Shown: positions 49,105-59,654, counted from the stretch's first letter. The stretch is DNA of 64,000 bases from an uncultured delta proteobacterium (GCA_963737905.1 CAVTUQ010000015.1:1-64000); one strand, 5' to 3'. Made by a program: numbers and translations. Notes: generated by a model from the letters alone, not told the origin.

Positions 49105-50250
49105 ATGGATCTTAATGTGAGACGTGTCGGGATCGCGGTTGCCAGGGCTAAGACCTATTACGAACGCTGGATGGAGAAGGAAGGCATTCCGATCGTCGAG
49201 GGTTTCGGTGTAACTGACGTGCGACGGATCTCCTTACGGCCTTGGGGCCGGCTTGGCTGTGAAGGGGCTTATATTCAGCTCCGAGGTTTAGAGGGTATCA
49301 CCGGGGTTTACCTCGGTAGAGTAGCGCCCGGGACGATGACCGAACCCGAGAAGCATCTGTACGAAAAAGTCATTTACATCATTCAAGGTGACGGCGTTGC
49401 AGAATTTCAGCAGCGCGGTCGCGTACCGCAGTCGATTAAGTGGAAGACCGGGAGTCTTTTTTCTCCGCCTTTAAACAGTACGCATCGCCTTATCAACTAC
49501 TCCCAAAGCCCCGCCCTTTTTGTCGCGGTGACGACGGCGCCGATGGTCTTGGACCATTTTCACAACGAACACTTTGTCTTCAATAGCGATTTTGCATTCT
49601 CCGATCGCTATGACGGTGAAGGCGATTATTTCAACGTTGGGGATCACCGCTATCTTGCGGCCAATAACCGGCAATGGGTCTGGGAGACCAATTTCATTCC
49701 CGACGCTCGCAACGCCGCCATCGACGCGCAGGAACAAAAGGGGGAAGGGGTCAACCTTACGCAATTCGAAATTGCCGATAATACTCTGATCGGCCATCTG
49801 GCTGAATGGCCGGTGGGGCGCTATCACAAAGCGCATTACCACGGTGGCGGGGCAGTCCTCGTGATCCTGCGTTCGGAAGGCTACTCGCTCATGTGGCCCA
49901 ACGAATGGGGAACTCGACCCTACGAAAGCGGCTACGGCGATCGCGTCGTGAAAATCGATTGGGCCGCCGGGAGCGTGTTCAGCCCGCCGACGAATTGGTT
50001 TCACCAACATTTCAATACGGGCTCTGAACCGGCGCTGCAGTTGGCGCTTCGCTGCGGTAGTCAGAAATTTCCGTTAGGAATCCGAGTTGCGGCGATTCGA
50101 GCGGGCGTATATACCTCAGTCAAACAAGGCGGAACCCTCATCGAGTACGCAGACGAAGACCCGGAAATTCGGCGTGCCTATCAGGCCGAGCTCGCAAACA
50201 AAGGCATCGAACCGGATATGAATTATGCGGCGGCAGCGAACGACGACTGA
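49105..50250 (+). CDS. Bicupin (paralog of 37088)
   Basis: EKHLYE, YHKAHYH, FHQHFN. Confidence 0.82.
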   Translation: MDLNVRRVGIAVARAKTYYERWMEKEGIPIVEGFGVTDVRRISLRPWGRLGCEGAYIQLRGLEGITGVYLGRVAPGTMTEPEKHLYEKVIYIIQGDGVAEFQQRGRVPQSIKWKTGSLFSPPLNSTHRLINYSQSPALFVAVTTAPMVLDHFHNEHFVFNSDFAFSDRYDGEGDYFNVGDHRYLAANNRQWVWETNFIPDARNAAIDAQEQKGEGVNLTQFEIADNTLIGHLAEWPVGRYHKAHYHGGGAVLVILRSEGYSLMWPNEWGTRPYESGYGDRVVKIDWAAGSVFSPPTNWFHQHFNTGSEPALQLALRCGSQKFPLGIRVAAIRAGVYTSVKQGGTLIEYADEDPEIRRAYQAELANKGIEPDMNYAAAANDD

Positions 50251-50294
50251 GAGATCGCCTTTGCCGTGTATCGCCCAGGAGTTGAGGTCGAGAA

Positions 50295-52043
50295 ATGAGC
50301 GAAAAGTCGCAAATCATGGATCAGACCGTAACCTTTGACAGAAGCGTGCTACCGTCGGTGCGTTATTTCCGGCTGCCGTCGCTGCCGATGAGCCTCCTCC
50401 TGCTGGTCGTCGGGTTTCTTGTGCTGACGCCGCTAGTCTTGATGATCCTCAATAGTTTTCAAATCGCCCGCCCCGGACAGCCTATCGTTTGGGGTTTGGA
50501 AGGATGGGTCAAAGCCTTCAGCACTCCGGGTATCCTAAAGGCAATAACCAATACCTTTACATTAGCGATTGCAAGACAGGTGATCGCGCTTTTTATCGGC
50601 TCCTTCTTCGCCTGGCTCATCGCTCGGACCGACCTGCCGATGAAAGGATTCTTAGAATTTTTCTTTTGGTTATCTTTCTTTCTGCCGGCATTGCCGGAGA
50701 CCATGGGTTGGATCCTTCTACTCGACCCGAAATATGGGCTGCTCAATCAAGGATTGATTGGGCTTGGGGTGGTGAGTCAACCGTTGTTCAATATCTACTC
50801 ATTCTGGGGCATTGTCTGGGCGCATCTGGGCGGTACGGTGAGTATCAAAGTCATGTTGCTTGCGCCGGCCTTTCGTAATCTCGACGCGGCGCTGGAGGAA
50901 TCCTCCCGTATTTCAGGTGCGAGTGGTTGGCATACTTTCTTTCATATCCTTATTCCGGTGATGATGCCGGCGATACTCGTGACTACGATTCTCGGCATCA
51001 TTCGTGCCCTCGAGTCCTTCGAGATCGAACTTTTGCTTGGCACGCCTATCGGTCTTCAAGTCTATTCTACAAAGATCCATGAACTCGTTACCTGGGAACC
51101 GCCGCAATTTGCGCCCGCCATGGCGTTAAGTACGGTTTTCCTCGGGCTTCTACTGGTGATGGTCGCGTTTCAACGCCATTATATTGCCAACCGAATCTAC
51201 ACCACGATCACGGGACGAGGTTTTAGTATCCGGCGCACGCAGTTAGGCCGTTGGCGCTATCCGGCGTTTGCCTTGGTCTTATCGTTTGCGCTGGTGATCA
51301 CGGTGCTCCCAACCATCCTGCTTGTCACCGGCACGTTCATGAAACTATTTGGCTTCTTCAATATTGCCGAGCCATGGACGCTCGACAATTGGCGGGCGAC
51401 ATTGAACGATCCAGTGTTGTTGCGCTCCCTGTGGAACACGGTGGCCATCGGTCTTGGCTCCGGAGTTATCGGCGTGCTTTTCTTTTCTGCCATTGCGTAC
51501 GTTATCGTGAAGACTCGCTATCGCGGTCGCTGGCTGCTCGATTTCCTGTCGTGGCTTCCGTGGTCAATCCCCGGAATTCTTCTGGGTATGGCGCTACTGT
51601 GGACCTTTTTGCAGACCAAAATTTTTCTTCCGATATACGGCACGATCTATCTATTGATGGTCGCCATGGTGATAAAGAGTATGCCCTTCGGTACCCAGAT
51701 GATCAAAAGTGTGCTGATGCAACTCGGCAATGATCTTGAGGAAGCGTCGAAGGTCTGCGGTGGAACTTGGGTCGATACCTTCAGGCGGGTCATTTTCCCA
51801 TTGACCATGCCCGCGCTCATCACCGTCGCTCTGGTCGGCTTTATTTCGGCGGCGAGGGACATCAGTACGGTGGTCCTGCTGGGTTCGGGAAAATCGCGGA
51901 CGTTGTCTCTGTTGATGTTGGATTTCGCCGCCGGTGCGGAATTCGAAAAAGCCACTGTTGTCGCGGTTATGGTAGTGGGATTGGTCGTTATCGCAGCACT
52001 CGTCGCTCGCGCGCTCGGCGGACAAGTGGGCGTGAGAGAGTGA
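50295..52043 (+). CDS. Fe3+-type ABC transporter permease (fused double domain)
   Basis: Many TM segments; two EAA loops LEESSRISGA and LEEASKVCGG. Confidence 0.9.
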   Translation: MSEKSQIMDQTVTFDRSVLPSVRYFRLPSLPMSLLLLVVGFLVLTPLVLMILNSFQIARPGQPIVWGLEGWVKAFSTPGILKAITNTFTLAIARQVIALFIGSFFAWLIARTDLPMKGFLEFFFWLSFFLPALPETMGWILLLDPKYGLLNQGLIGLGVVSQPLFNIYSFWGIVWAHLGGTVSIKVMLLAPAFRNLDAALEESSRISGASGWHTFFHILIPVMMPAILVTTILGIIRALESFEIELLLGTPIGLQVYSTKIHELVTWEPPQFAPAMALSTVFLGLLLVMVAFQRHYIANRIYTTITGRGFSIRRTQLGRWRYPAFALVLSFALVITVLPTILLVTGTFMKLFGFFNIAEPWTLDNWRATLNDPVLLRSLWNTVAIGLGSGVIGVLFFSAIAYVIVKTRYRGRWLLDFLSWLPWSIPGILLGMALLWTFLQTKIFLPIYGTIYLLMVAMVIKSMPFGTQMIKSVLMQLGNDLEEASKVCGGTWVDTFRRVIFPLTMPALITVALVGFISAARDISTVVLLGSGKSRTLSLLMLDFAAGAEFEKATVVAVMVVGLVVIAALVARALGGQVGVRE

Positions 52044-52122
52044 GAGATTAAGAAGGAAGGCGTCGCGTTTCGCATGAAACCTAGCGTACGGACCACCGAA
52101 AGCGCCAAGGAAGGATGACCGC

Positions 52123-53106
52123 ATGCTTGAGAGAGACGAGTATGGCTATGTGCTAAAGATAGTTTCTAATTTTCCGTACCACCCATGGTGGCGCTTGACG
52201 TCGCAATTGGTGGAAGGATTTCGCGACAAGAAGAAGACCGGTCTGGTCTCTTCCGTGGGAGTCTACTCGCCGAAATTTGGCCTCGGCTCATTTGAGAATC
52301 CCAAAATGATCGGCAGAGGAGAAGTGGACGCCGGGATCATCAACCCTCCGGTAACAGCGAAAATGGCGATGGAGGGAAGGGGGCCCTATAAAGAGCGAGT
52401 CGGCGAGCTCAGGGCTATCGCCCGTTTTCCCGAGCCCGATTATATCTTCTGGCTCGTTGCGGAAGACCTCGGCGTCGACTCTTTCGAAGATCTTGCGAAG
52501 CGAAAGCCGCCATTAACCCTGGTCTCCGGCAGGATCGGTCCCACCGGCCCCGATACGCTCACCTGGACGGTGGAGCAAGTAATGAAACAGTACGGTTTCA
52601 GTTACCAGGACATAGAATCATGGGGAGGAAAAGTCTTGTTTCCCGGTCCCGCCGTTGTGGGAGTTCCGCTGGTGCGCAATGGTCAAGCGAACGCCATTTT
52701 TCAGGAGGGCCAGCATCATCCCATGTGGGAGCAGTTGGCTGAGGTGCGGCCACTGCGCTGTCTGCCCGTGAGCCGAAGAGTGGTCGATTATATGAAAGAA
52801 ACCTACGGCTTCAGCGAGGCGGTCATCGCCAAGGGCCGGCTAAAGGGAGTTGACGAGGATCTTCTCACCCTTGACTATGGAGGGTGGCTGCTCACTTGCC
52901 GTGAAGATCTTCCTGAAGATGTTGCGTATCTGTTGGCGAGGGTGTGCGCTGATCAGAGAGATGCTGTCGCCGCGCCGTATAAGGATCAGCCCAAGCATCT
53001 GCAGAGTTTCGAGATACCGATCACGACAGAGCACCTGTGCACCCAATGTGTGATTCCGTTGCATAAAGGCGCTGAAAAATATTATCGAGAGATCGGTTCT
53101 CTGTAA
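52123..53106 (+). CDS. TAXI-type TRAP solute-binding-like protein
   Basis: LPEDVAY, IPLHKGAEKYYREIG C-terminus. Confidence 0.75.
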   Translation: MLERDEYGYVLKIVSNFPYHPWWRLTSQLVEGFRDKKKTGLVSSVGVYSPKFGLGSFENPKMIGRGEVDAGIINPPVTAKMAMEGRGPYKERVGELRAIARFPEPDYIFWLVAEDLGVDSFEDLAKRKPPLTLVSGRIGPTGPDTLTWTVEQVMKQYGFSYQDIESWGGKVLFPGPAVVGVPLVRNGQANAIFQEGQHHPMWEQLAEVRPLRCLPVSRRVVDYMKETYGFSEAVIAKGRLKGVDEDLLTLDYGGWLLTCREDLPEDVAYLLARVCADQRDAVAAPYKDQPKHLQSFEIPITTEHLCTQCVIPLHKGAEKYYREIGSL

Positions 53107-53130
53107 ATTGTCGATACGAAAGATAATTTC

Positions 53131-54150
53131 ATGACCGTCAAGAGATACAACTCGGGGATCCAGCGCGCCAAGGGCTTGTTGGAATTGGCCTCTGCTTTAT
53201 ACGACAGCTCACTCTCGTCGGAATCGTGGAAAGCTGCGGAGGGTGTTCTCCAAACCGATTCGGGCCTGGGTAACGCGCTCAGACTCTCGCTGACCGCCAA
53301 GTCAAACGACAAAAACGGACTTTCCCTCTCTTTCACTACCGGCAGCTTTCGCGAGATCAAAGCGGTGGCCGAAGGCAAAATTTCTCTCGCTTGGGTCAAT
53401 CCTTCGGTGCTGTTAACGATGGCGTACCGCGGTAAAGGTCCGTTTCGCAAACGGCTTCCCTTGCGAACGCTCGCGGTATTTCCCTCTTACGATGTGATGG
53501 GCTTTGCCATCCATGAATCCACTCGGATCAGTTCCTTTTTGCAGATCAAAAAAGAGCGCTTTCCGCTCAAGCTTTCGACCCGGCTGGTGACCCCAAGCGC
53601 CCTTAGGGAAAACTCCACGATGTTTACCGTGGCGGCTGTGATGAAGGCCGCCGGGTTTACGTTTGCAGATCTTCGCAAGTGGGGAGGAAAAATTCATTTA
53701 GCATCCAGGCCCAGTGATCCAGCGCGGCGGGAAAGCATCGAGAATGGCACGGTCAATGCGATCTTTGATGAGGGGATCAAGAGCTGGTCCCGGACTGCGC
53801 TGGAAAATGGGTTTCGTTTCCTGCCGATTGAGGGAGCGATGCTTAACAGATTGGTTGCGATGGGCTATCGCCCAGCAGACATGTCCAAGTCCCGGTTCCC
53901 CGGGATGGTGAAAGATATCACGACCCTCGACTTCAGCGGCTGGCCCATGATCGTGCGCAGAGACATGCCGGATGATTCGGCTTATGCGATTTGCGAAGCG
54001 ATCGAAAAGCGCAAAGAGGTGATCCCCACCGATAACTACAAGCCGCTTGAAGTGGCGGAGCTGTGCGCCAATGACGAAGAAGCGCCTTACGATGTACCCC
54101 TCCATCCGGGCGCCGCGCGGTTTTACCGCGAGAGAGGCTACCTCAAATAG
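53131..54150 (+). CDS. TAXI-type TRAP solute-binding-like protein
   Basis: MPDDSAY, VPLHPGAARFYRERG C-terminus. Confidence 0.75.
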   Translation: MTVKRYNSGIQRAKGLLELASALYDSSLSSESWKAAEGVLQTDSGLGNALRLSLTAKSNDKNGLSLSFTTGSFREIKAVAEGKISLAWVNPSVLLTMAYRGKGPFRKRLPLRTLAVFPSYDVMGFAIHESTRISSFLQIKKERFPLKLSTRLVTPSALRENSTMFTVAAVMKAAGFTFADLRKWGGKIHLASRPSDPARRESIENGTVNAIFDEGIKSWSRTALENGFRFLPIEGAMLNRLVAMGYRPADMSKSRFPGMVKDITTLDFSGWPMIVRRDMPDDSAYAICEAIEKRKEVIPTDNYKPLEVAELCANDEEAPYDVPLHPGAARFYRERGYLK

Positions 54151-54202
54151 AAAACTGCCGATCGCGATTTGCGGGTTAGAAAGCTGAAATTAGAAGATGC
54201 GT

Positions 54203-55336
54203 CTACGGCGCTCCGTAAAACCTTACTGCATTGTCATAGAGGATTTTCCCTTTTTGCGCGTCAGAGAGTTCGGCTCGCTCTAGAAGTTCACTGGCCGCAT
54301 CATCTCGACCTTCGCCGTGCGGGAAGTCGGAGGAAAAGAGAATATGCTCTTCGCCGACCAATTCCATTTCTTGCGGCAGCCATGGATCGTGGGCTTCAGG
54401 GGCGACAAAAAATCTGCCAGAGCTCAAATATTCCTCGATGGCTTTGGCAGGTAAACGCCCCATTGCGCGTACTGTCGGATCCTGGTGGTAACTGGGCAGA
54501 TAGTGCCCCAGCCGTCCGACCACGTAGAAAAGCCATTCTGCGCCAAATTCGAGGAAGGCAACTTTCAAATCAGTATAGCGGTCGAGCATCCCCTGGGCGA
54601 CGACAGCTACGAAGCCAAGCTGAGCGGGAATGCCCATGGCAATCACATGGGCTTCGAGCCGCGTTTCCACCAGCTGATCAAAGGGCGGATAGCTTCTTCC
54701 CATATGGACGCAAAGCGGCAGGCGGGTGCGCGTGAACTCGTCCCAGATGGGCGCGAAGCTTTTGTGAGACAGAAGACGTTCACCCGCCGTTCCGAAGACG
54801 ACAGCAGCCGTGGCGCCTAATTCCTGCATTTCTCGGATGGCATCGATCCCTTCCCGGGGATCGCGGAGCGGCAGCAACCCCGCCCATTTCAAGCGCCTCG
54901 GACTGGCTTTGCACTGCCGGCCAACGTAACGGTTGTAAGCACGGAACATGGCAGCTTCGAAAAACGGATCAGATCCCATGCAGGCGTACAAGCTCGATGG
55001 GAAAAGCATTTGAATGTCGATTCCGGTGCCGTCGAGGTCACGGAGCCGCGCCGCTGGGTCGGAGAGATCAGCCGAGCCGAGACTCTCCTTGGGAGCGCCA
55101 AAGTCCGCCATTACGGATGATGGCGTGTTGGCTCCTTGAGCGCCCGGGCCGTAGGGGTGGGGCTCCATGCGCCCTTCGATGAGCCATCCGGTTCCGCGAA
55201 TGCCCGCCCCGGCAGTATCTGCGATGCGAAGAGGCCGTGGCCGCCTAGCGTTGACTTCTTCCGGCAGATCGGCCCACATTTTCGGGCTCATCATCACATG
55301 GGCATCCGCGTCGTAGATTTTGTAGCTGTGTATCAT
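54203..55336 (-). CDS. Amidohydrolase_2 family protein
   Basis: YDADAHV, LCVH, FLEFG, FSSDFPH, ILYDNA. Confidence 0.87.
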   Translation of the reverse strand: MIHSYKIYDADAHVMMSPKMWADLPEEVNARRPRPLRIADTAGAGIRGTGWLIEGRMEPHPYGPGAQGANTPSSVMADFGAPKESLGSADLSDPAARLRDLDGTGIDIQMLFPSSLYACMGSDPFFEAAMFRAYNRYVGRQCKASPRRLKWAGLLPLRDPREGIDAIREMQELGATAAVVFGTAGERLLSHKSFAPIWDEFTRTRLPLCVHMGRSYPPFDQLVETRLEAHVIAMGIPAQLGFVAVVAQGMLDRYTDLKVAFLEFGAEWLFYVVGRLGHYLPSYHQDPTVRAMGRLPAKAIEEYLSSGRFFVAPEAHDPWLPQEMELVGEEHILFSSDFPHGEGRDDAASELLERAELSDAQKGKILYDNAVRFYGAP

Positions 55337-55370
55337 CTGGTTACTTCTTATGCGGAGTGCGAAGAAAACT

Positions 55371-56819
55371 TTACGCCAACTCTTTTTTCCACTTCTCTTC
55401 GACTTTTTTCTTTAGCTCTGCGCTCAGCGCATTCACAGGCGGGAAGCGGTCTCGCCACGCGTAAGGTCGGCAGGCGTTCAGGATCGCGCGGCTATTGATG
55501 AAGTTTCCAGCGTCCCGCTGGTCCGGGTGCATGGCGGGATCCAGAGGCGTACTCCAACAGCCGTCGATAATGCTGATAGCGGTTTTGGGATCACATCTCG
55601 TGGAAACCGCCCAGATGACTTCTTTCATGTCCGAGGGATCGATATCATCATCGACCACGATGACGAACCGGCCATGGTAGTTTCCTGCGCGGGAGCCGAG
55701 GGCAGCGATTCCTGCCTGCTGCGCGTGGCCATGGTAGCGTTGTTTCACTGATACGATGATAAACGGCGCGCCACCGGCGGCGGCCGATCCGCCCACGTAG
55801 CACCAGACGCCCTTGATGTCGGGAACATCGGCCTTCTCTAAGTAGTTCCAGATCGCGGCGGCTCCGATAGGTACGCCAAACGTGATGAACGGCGGCTTCA
55901 AGGGCGGTGCGCCGGCGAGGATCGGATCATTTCGATAATAAAGTTTTTTGACACGAATCACCGGCTCCTTGGCTGCGCCGTGCGCGTAGTAGCCGGGCCA
56001 TTCGCCGAAAGGACCTTCCGTCTGAACTTGCTCGGTGGGCGGAGGAACTTCGCCTTCAATGGCGATTTCGGCTGTGGCAGGGATGGGAAGCCCGGTGACG
56101 TCACCGCGAATGATGTCGACCGGCGCCCCGCGCAGGCCACCGCAGTAATCGAATTCGGACATGCCATAGGGAATCGATTGGCCCGCTACTAAAAAGAGGA
56201 GAGGATCTTGTCCGAAGGTAACCACCACCGGGCAACTCTTGCCCTTCTCCCAGTATTTTTCCCGCATGATGCGCGCGTGATGGCCCGGCGAGACATACAG
56301 GCCGAGTGTATTTCGATTATGAATCTGCACGCGATAGATACCGATATTGACCCAACCGCCTTCTTCCGGCTCGCCCGTGATGACGCAGTCGGCGGTGCCG
56401 ATGTAACGGCCGCCGTCCAGCTCATGCCAATGCGGCGTCGGAAAAATCGTCATGTCGATATCGGCACCGCTCTTTACGTTCTCTAGGACCGGCCCGTTGG
56501 AAACTACCCTCGGCGGAATCGGTTTTACGCCTTTCAGAAGTTCTCTCCATCTCGCCACGAGAGTAATGGGGCTCGCATCGGCCGGCATGCCGACCGTCAA
56601 GCCTGAGCGCACCGGGTTACTGATGAGATTGGAGGCAACACGGAAGTTGGGCGGGTAGCCGGGAACCTGGTCGAAGAGCACCAAAGGGGAGGGCTCTTTG
56701 AAGGCGAACATTTCCGTGAGGGCGCCGATTTCAAGATTCCAGTGAGCGCCATGAATTTCTTTCACCTGTCCCTGCTCTCGCGCAGCGGCGATAAAATCAC
56801 GTAGGTCGTTAAAAGGCAT
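55371..56819 (-). CDS. UbiD-family (de)carboxylase
   Basis: FNDLRDF, NIGIYR, TEGPFGEWPGYY, VDDDID. Confidence 0.9.
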   Translation of the reverse strand: MPFNDLRDFIAAAREQGQVKEIHGAHWNLEIGALTEMFAFKEPSPLVLFDQVPGYPPNFRVASNLISNPVRSGLTVGMPADASPITLVARWRELLKGVKPIPPRVVSNGPVLENVKSGADIDMTIFPTPHWHELDGGRYIGTADCVITGEPEEGGWVNIGIYRVQIHNRNTLGLYVSPGHHARIMREKYWEKGKSCPVVVTFGQDPLLFLVAGQSIPYGMSEFDYCGGLRGAPVDIIRGDVTGLPIPATAEIAIEGEVPPPTEQVQTEGPFGEWPGYYAHGAAKEPVIRVKKLYYRNDPILAGAPPLKPPFITFGVPIGAAAIWNYLEKADVPDIKGVWCYVGGSAAAGGAPFIIVSVKQRYHGHAQQAGIAALGSRAGNYHGRFVIVVDDDIDPSDMKEVIWAVSTRCDPKTAISIIDGCWSTPLDPAMHPDQRDAGNFINSRAILNACRPYAWRDRFPPVNALSAELKKKVEEKWKKELA

Positions 56820-56896
56820 AATCGCGCTCTTGAGTATTTCTAGTCACTGGTCGACCGTTGGCGAGGTCGTGTGACTGGGTGATCGTCAATTTTGGA

Positions 56897-56987
56897 TCAC
56901 CACGAAGCACACGAAGAGCACGAAGGAAGAAACCGTTTTTATCAGATTCAATTCCAGTCTTCGTGTCCTTCGCGATCTTCGTGGTGA
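56897..56987. repeat. 9-mer periodic palindrome (CACGAAG type), copy 1
   Basis: TCACCACGAAGCACACGAAGAGCACGAAG ... CTTCGTGTCCTTCGCGATCTTCGTGGTGA. Confidence 0.85.
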
Positions 56988-57000
56988 GCTTCCTCTTCTT

Positions 57001-57802
57001 TCAAAAATGTCCAAGTTCTCTTGAATGTCTATAGATCCCATCGTGGAACATCGCCACGAAATCAGCGTTCGTGAGGCAGCAATACTCTGGACTCCAGCCG
57101 GGACGGAACCAGGTGAGACCGTCCTGCAAAAGCGCCTCGAAAACCCTTCGAGCGACCTCCCCGTGCGCCATCAATCCGTCCTCGTGTTCATGAAGATCGG
57201 CCTCTTCGTGGACTTGAAAATAGTGGAGATCCGGTTCCTTGACATGGTATTTTTCAAGTAACGCTTGACGCCAGCGCTTCGCCCAATGGCCAAACATTTC
57301 TTCGTTCAATGATCGCGCCCACCACTCGATCATGCTGCCTTCGTACACCAAGCCGCGGCCGAATTCAGTAAGCGCCCGGCACTCAGGGAGCACTTCGCAG
57401 TTCACCATCTCGTCGAGTGTGACACCGAAAGCTTCGCCCTGTTTGATCAACACCTGGATGTGGCCAGGAATACTGGGGTTCACCAGTTCATCGCTGATTT
57501 TGCCAACGTAGGGCACCAGCAGTTCACGGTGGCGCGCAAAGAAACCTTGATGCCGCTGATAGATAATCAAGTGAAAATTATTGATCTCCACCGGATAGCT
57601 GTACCAGTGTTTCCAGAATAGCCGGATGGTTGCCATCGGCAGCTTGCCCGCTTCGAGATCGCGCATGAAGGCGCCGCCGAAAACTCTTTTCGTTCCAGCG
57701 CGCGTACATGCGGTGCTTGATCTCGTCGGTGAAGGCTTTCGCCTCGCCCGGACGAAAACTTCTTGCCGATTTCAACACTAGGGGTTGATGGGTAGCTGTC
57801 AT
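57001..57802 (-). CDS. Heme-oxygenase-like / PqqC-CADD-TenA-fold redox enzyme (frameshift ~57688)
   Basis: DE...GH, YFQVHEEAD...H acidic/His ligands; one extra A in GAAAAGAG joins ORFs 57578-57802 and 57001-57666. Confidence 0.65.
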
Positions 57803-57852
57803 TTATTTTTCCGTCGCGCGGCAGAGCCTCAACTAAAATCGAAGGAAACATT

Positions 57853-57942
57853 TCACCACGAAGGTCGCGAAGAACACGAAGTAAGAAAATTGAAATGTAA
57901 TAATTTCCGAATCCTTCGTGTCCTTCGTGCGCTTCGTGGTGA
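57853..57942. repeat. 9-mer periodic palindrome (CACGAAG type), copy 2
   Basis: TCACCACGAAGGTCGCGAAGAACACGAAG ... CTTCGTGTCCTTCGTGCGCTTCGTGGTGA. Confidence 0.85.
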
Positions 57943-57986
57943 GAAAGTCTTTCGTCGAATATGCGTCCCTGCAGGGAACAACCAGG

Positions 57987-58904
57987 TCAGAGGGCGGCGC
58001 CGGTTTTCGCTATCCCTTCTTTCAACTCCGCCCGGTCTTTCTCAGTGAACGGCGCGCACTCCCAGCGTGGGAAGCGTTCGACGGGTAAGCCGCGCATGCG
58101 CATGAGTTCGCAGAATACCCCCCGTCCATGAGTGCGCAAAAAACGACCGACGACCTGCATCAGTCTGGTTAACAGATCATGCTCCTTTTGTGCTGCTTGA
58201 AGATTGCCCGCTTTCAAGGCTTCGTACATTTTTACGCAAGTCTCCGGAAATGGAGTTGACGGCGGGTGAATGGCGCCGCGAACACCGACTGAATAACCGG
58301 TATAAAGCGAGAAGATACCGCCGGGAAAAACTCCAACGGATTTGGGCAACTGATACACGTAGCCCAGGAGCTTATCATAAGCGATGAACGACACCTTGAT
58401 GCCTGCTAAAGGGTTGGGAGCGATGGCTTCAATGATCTTGTTTGCCTTGGGCGGCGTGATTTCTACGTGAGTGGTTTCCGTATTATCGTAAATAAAAAGA
58501 GGCACGCCGGGAACGGCTTTGGCGATGGCCTTGTAATGGGCGTAGACCTCATAGTCATCGTGGGGATAATAATAGGGCGGGACGACGCCGATGGCATCAA
58601 TCCCAAGTCCGGCGGCATGCTTGGCAAGATCGATGGATGAGTAAGTATTGGCCGTGCCGATGTGCATGACCACGGGGACTCGGCCTCGGACGCGGTTGAC
58701 AATCTGCTCGGCAACCTTTTTCCGCTCGTCAATTTCCATCACCATGCCTTGACCATGAGTGCCCAAAGGAAAAAATCCATGGACTCCGGCCGCCAGGTAG
58801 AAGTCGATGATCGCATCCGTTCCTGCAGGATCGATGGCGCCGTCATTCTTGAAAGCCACTGGCATCGGCATCAAGATTCCTTCAAGTTTCCTGTCGCTTG
58901 GCAT
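57987..58904 (-). CDS. DHDPS/NAL-family class I aldolase
   Basis: PLGTHGQ, VPPYY, IYD, GIKVS Schiff-base Lys. Confidence 0.87.
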   Translation of the reverse strand: MPSDRKLEGILMPMPVAFKNDGAIDPAGTDAIIDFYLAAGVHGFFPLGTHGQGMVMEIDERKKVAEQIVNRVRGRVPVVMHIGTANTYSSIDLAKHAAGLGIDAIGVVPPYYYPHDDYEVYAHYKAIAKAVPGVPLFIYDNTETTHVEITPPKANKIIEAIAPNPLAGIKVSFIAYDKLLGYVYQLPKSVGVFPGGIFSLYTGYSVGVRGAIHPPSTPFPETCVKMYEALKAGNLQAAQKEHDLLTRLMQVVGRFLRTHGRGVFCELMRMRGLPVERFPRWECAPFTEKDRAELKEGIAKTGAAL

Positions 58905-59046
58905 AAGATCTCCTTTCCTAAATCAATCGAATTGCCCGTATCCATATCGCAACCTAAGAGATAATTCCACCCTAAGGCTAGACCAGTAGTCCTTTTCATG
59001 CCAAGGTGAACAATAGATCAATTGGCGAAGGTGTTCAGGAGGAGCA

Positions 59047-59565
59047 ATGGCAGAGAACGAAAAGAATCCAGTAGTAACCTTGTCCACGAATATGGGCGAC
59101 ATTCGCATTGAGCTCAATGCCGATAAAGCGCCTATCACGACAAGAAATTTTCTAGAATATGTAAACGACGCCTATTACGACGGTCTCATTTTTCATCGGG
59201 TAATCCCTGGTTTCATGATTCAGGGCGGTGGCTTCGATTCCGGGATGAGTCAGAAGAAAACCAAATCGCCGATTAAAAACGAAGCCGCCAATGGTCTGAA
59301 AAACATCATCGGCAGTATCGCAATGGCGCGGACCAACGTGGTTGATAGTGCCACGGCGCAGTTTTTTATCAATGTTAAGGACAACGATTTCTTGAATCAC
59401 AAGAATACCTCGCCGGATGGCTATGGCTATGCGGTCTTTGGCCAGGTCATTGAAGGCATGGATGTGGTGCAGTCGATCGAGAAGGTGAAAACCGGCAACC
59501 GCGGCATGCACCAAGACGTGCCGGCAGAGGCCGTGGTGATCAATTCTGTCAAAGTCGAATCCTAA
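59047..59565 (+). CDS. ppiB: Cyclophilin-type peptidyl-prolyl cis-trans isomerase
   Basis: [31 protein letters not shown]. Confidence 0.93.
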   Translation: MAENEKNPVVTLSTNMGDIRIELNADKAPITTRNFLEYVNDAYYDGLIFHRVIPGFMIQGGGFDSGMSQKKTKSPIKNEAANGLKNIIGSIAMARTNVVDSATAQFFINVKDNDFLNHKNTSPDGYGYAVFGQVIEGMDVVQSIEKVKTGNRGMHQDVPAEAVVINSVKVES

Positions 59566-59654
59566 CAGACCGTTATGCGGGCCATCTGGCTGACGCGGTT
59601 CTGTTCTCTGGGGAGCGAGTTACAAACCTTTCACTGAAACCTGGAACCAAGCAC

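Noticed and set aside
56897-57942. CRISPR array or IS terminal repeats
   Set aside because: Only two self-palindromic elements; no spacer array or transposase
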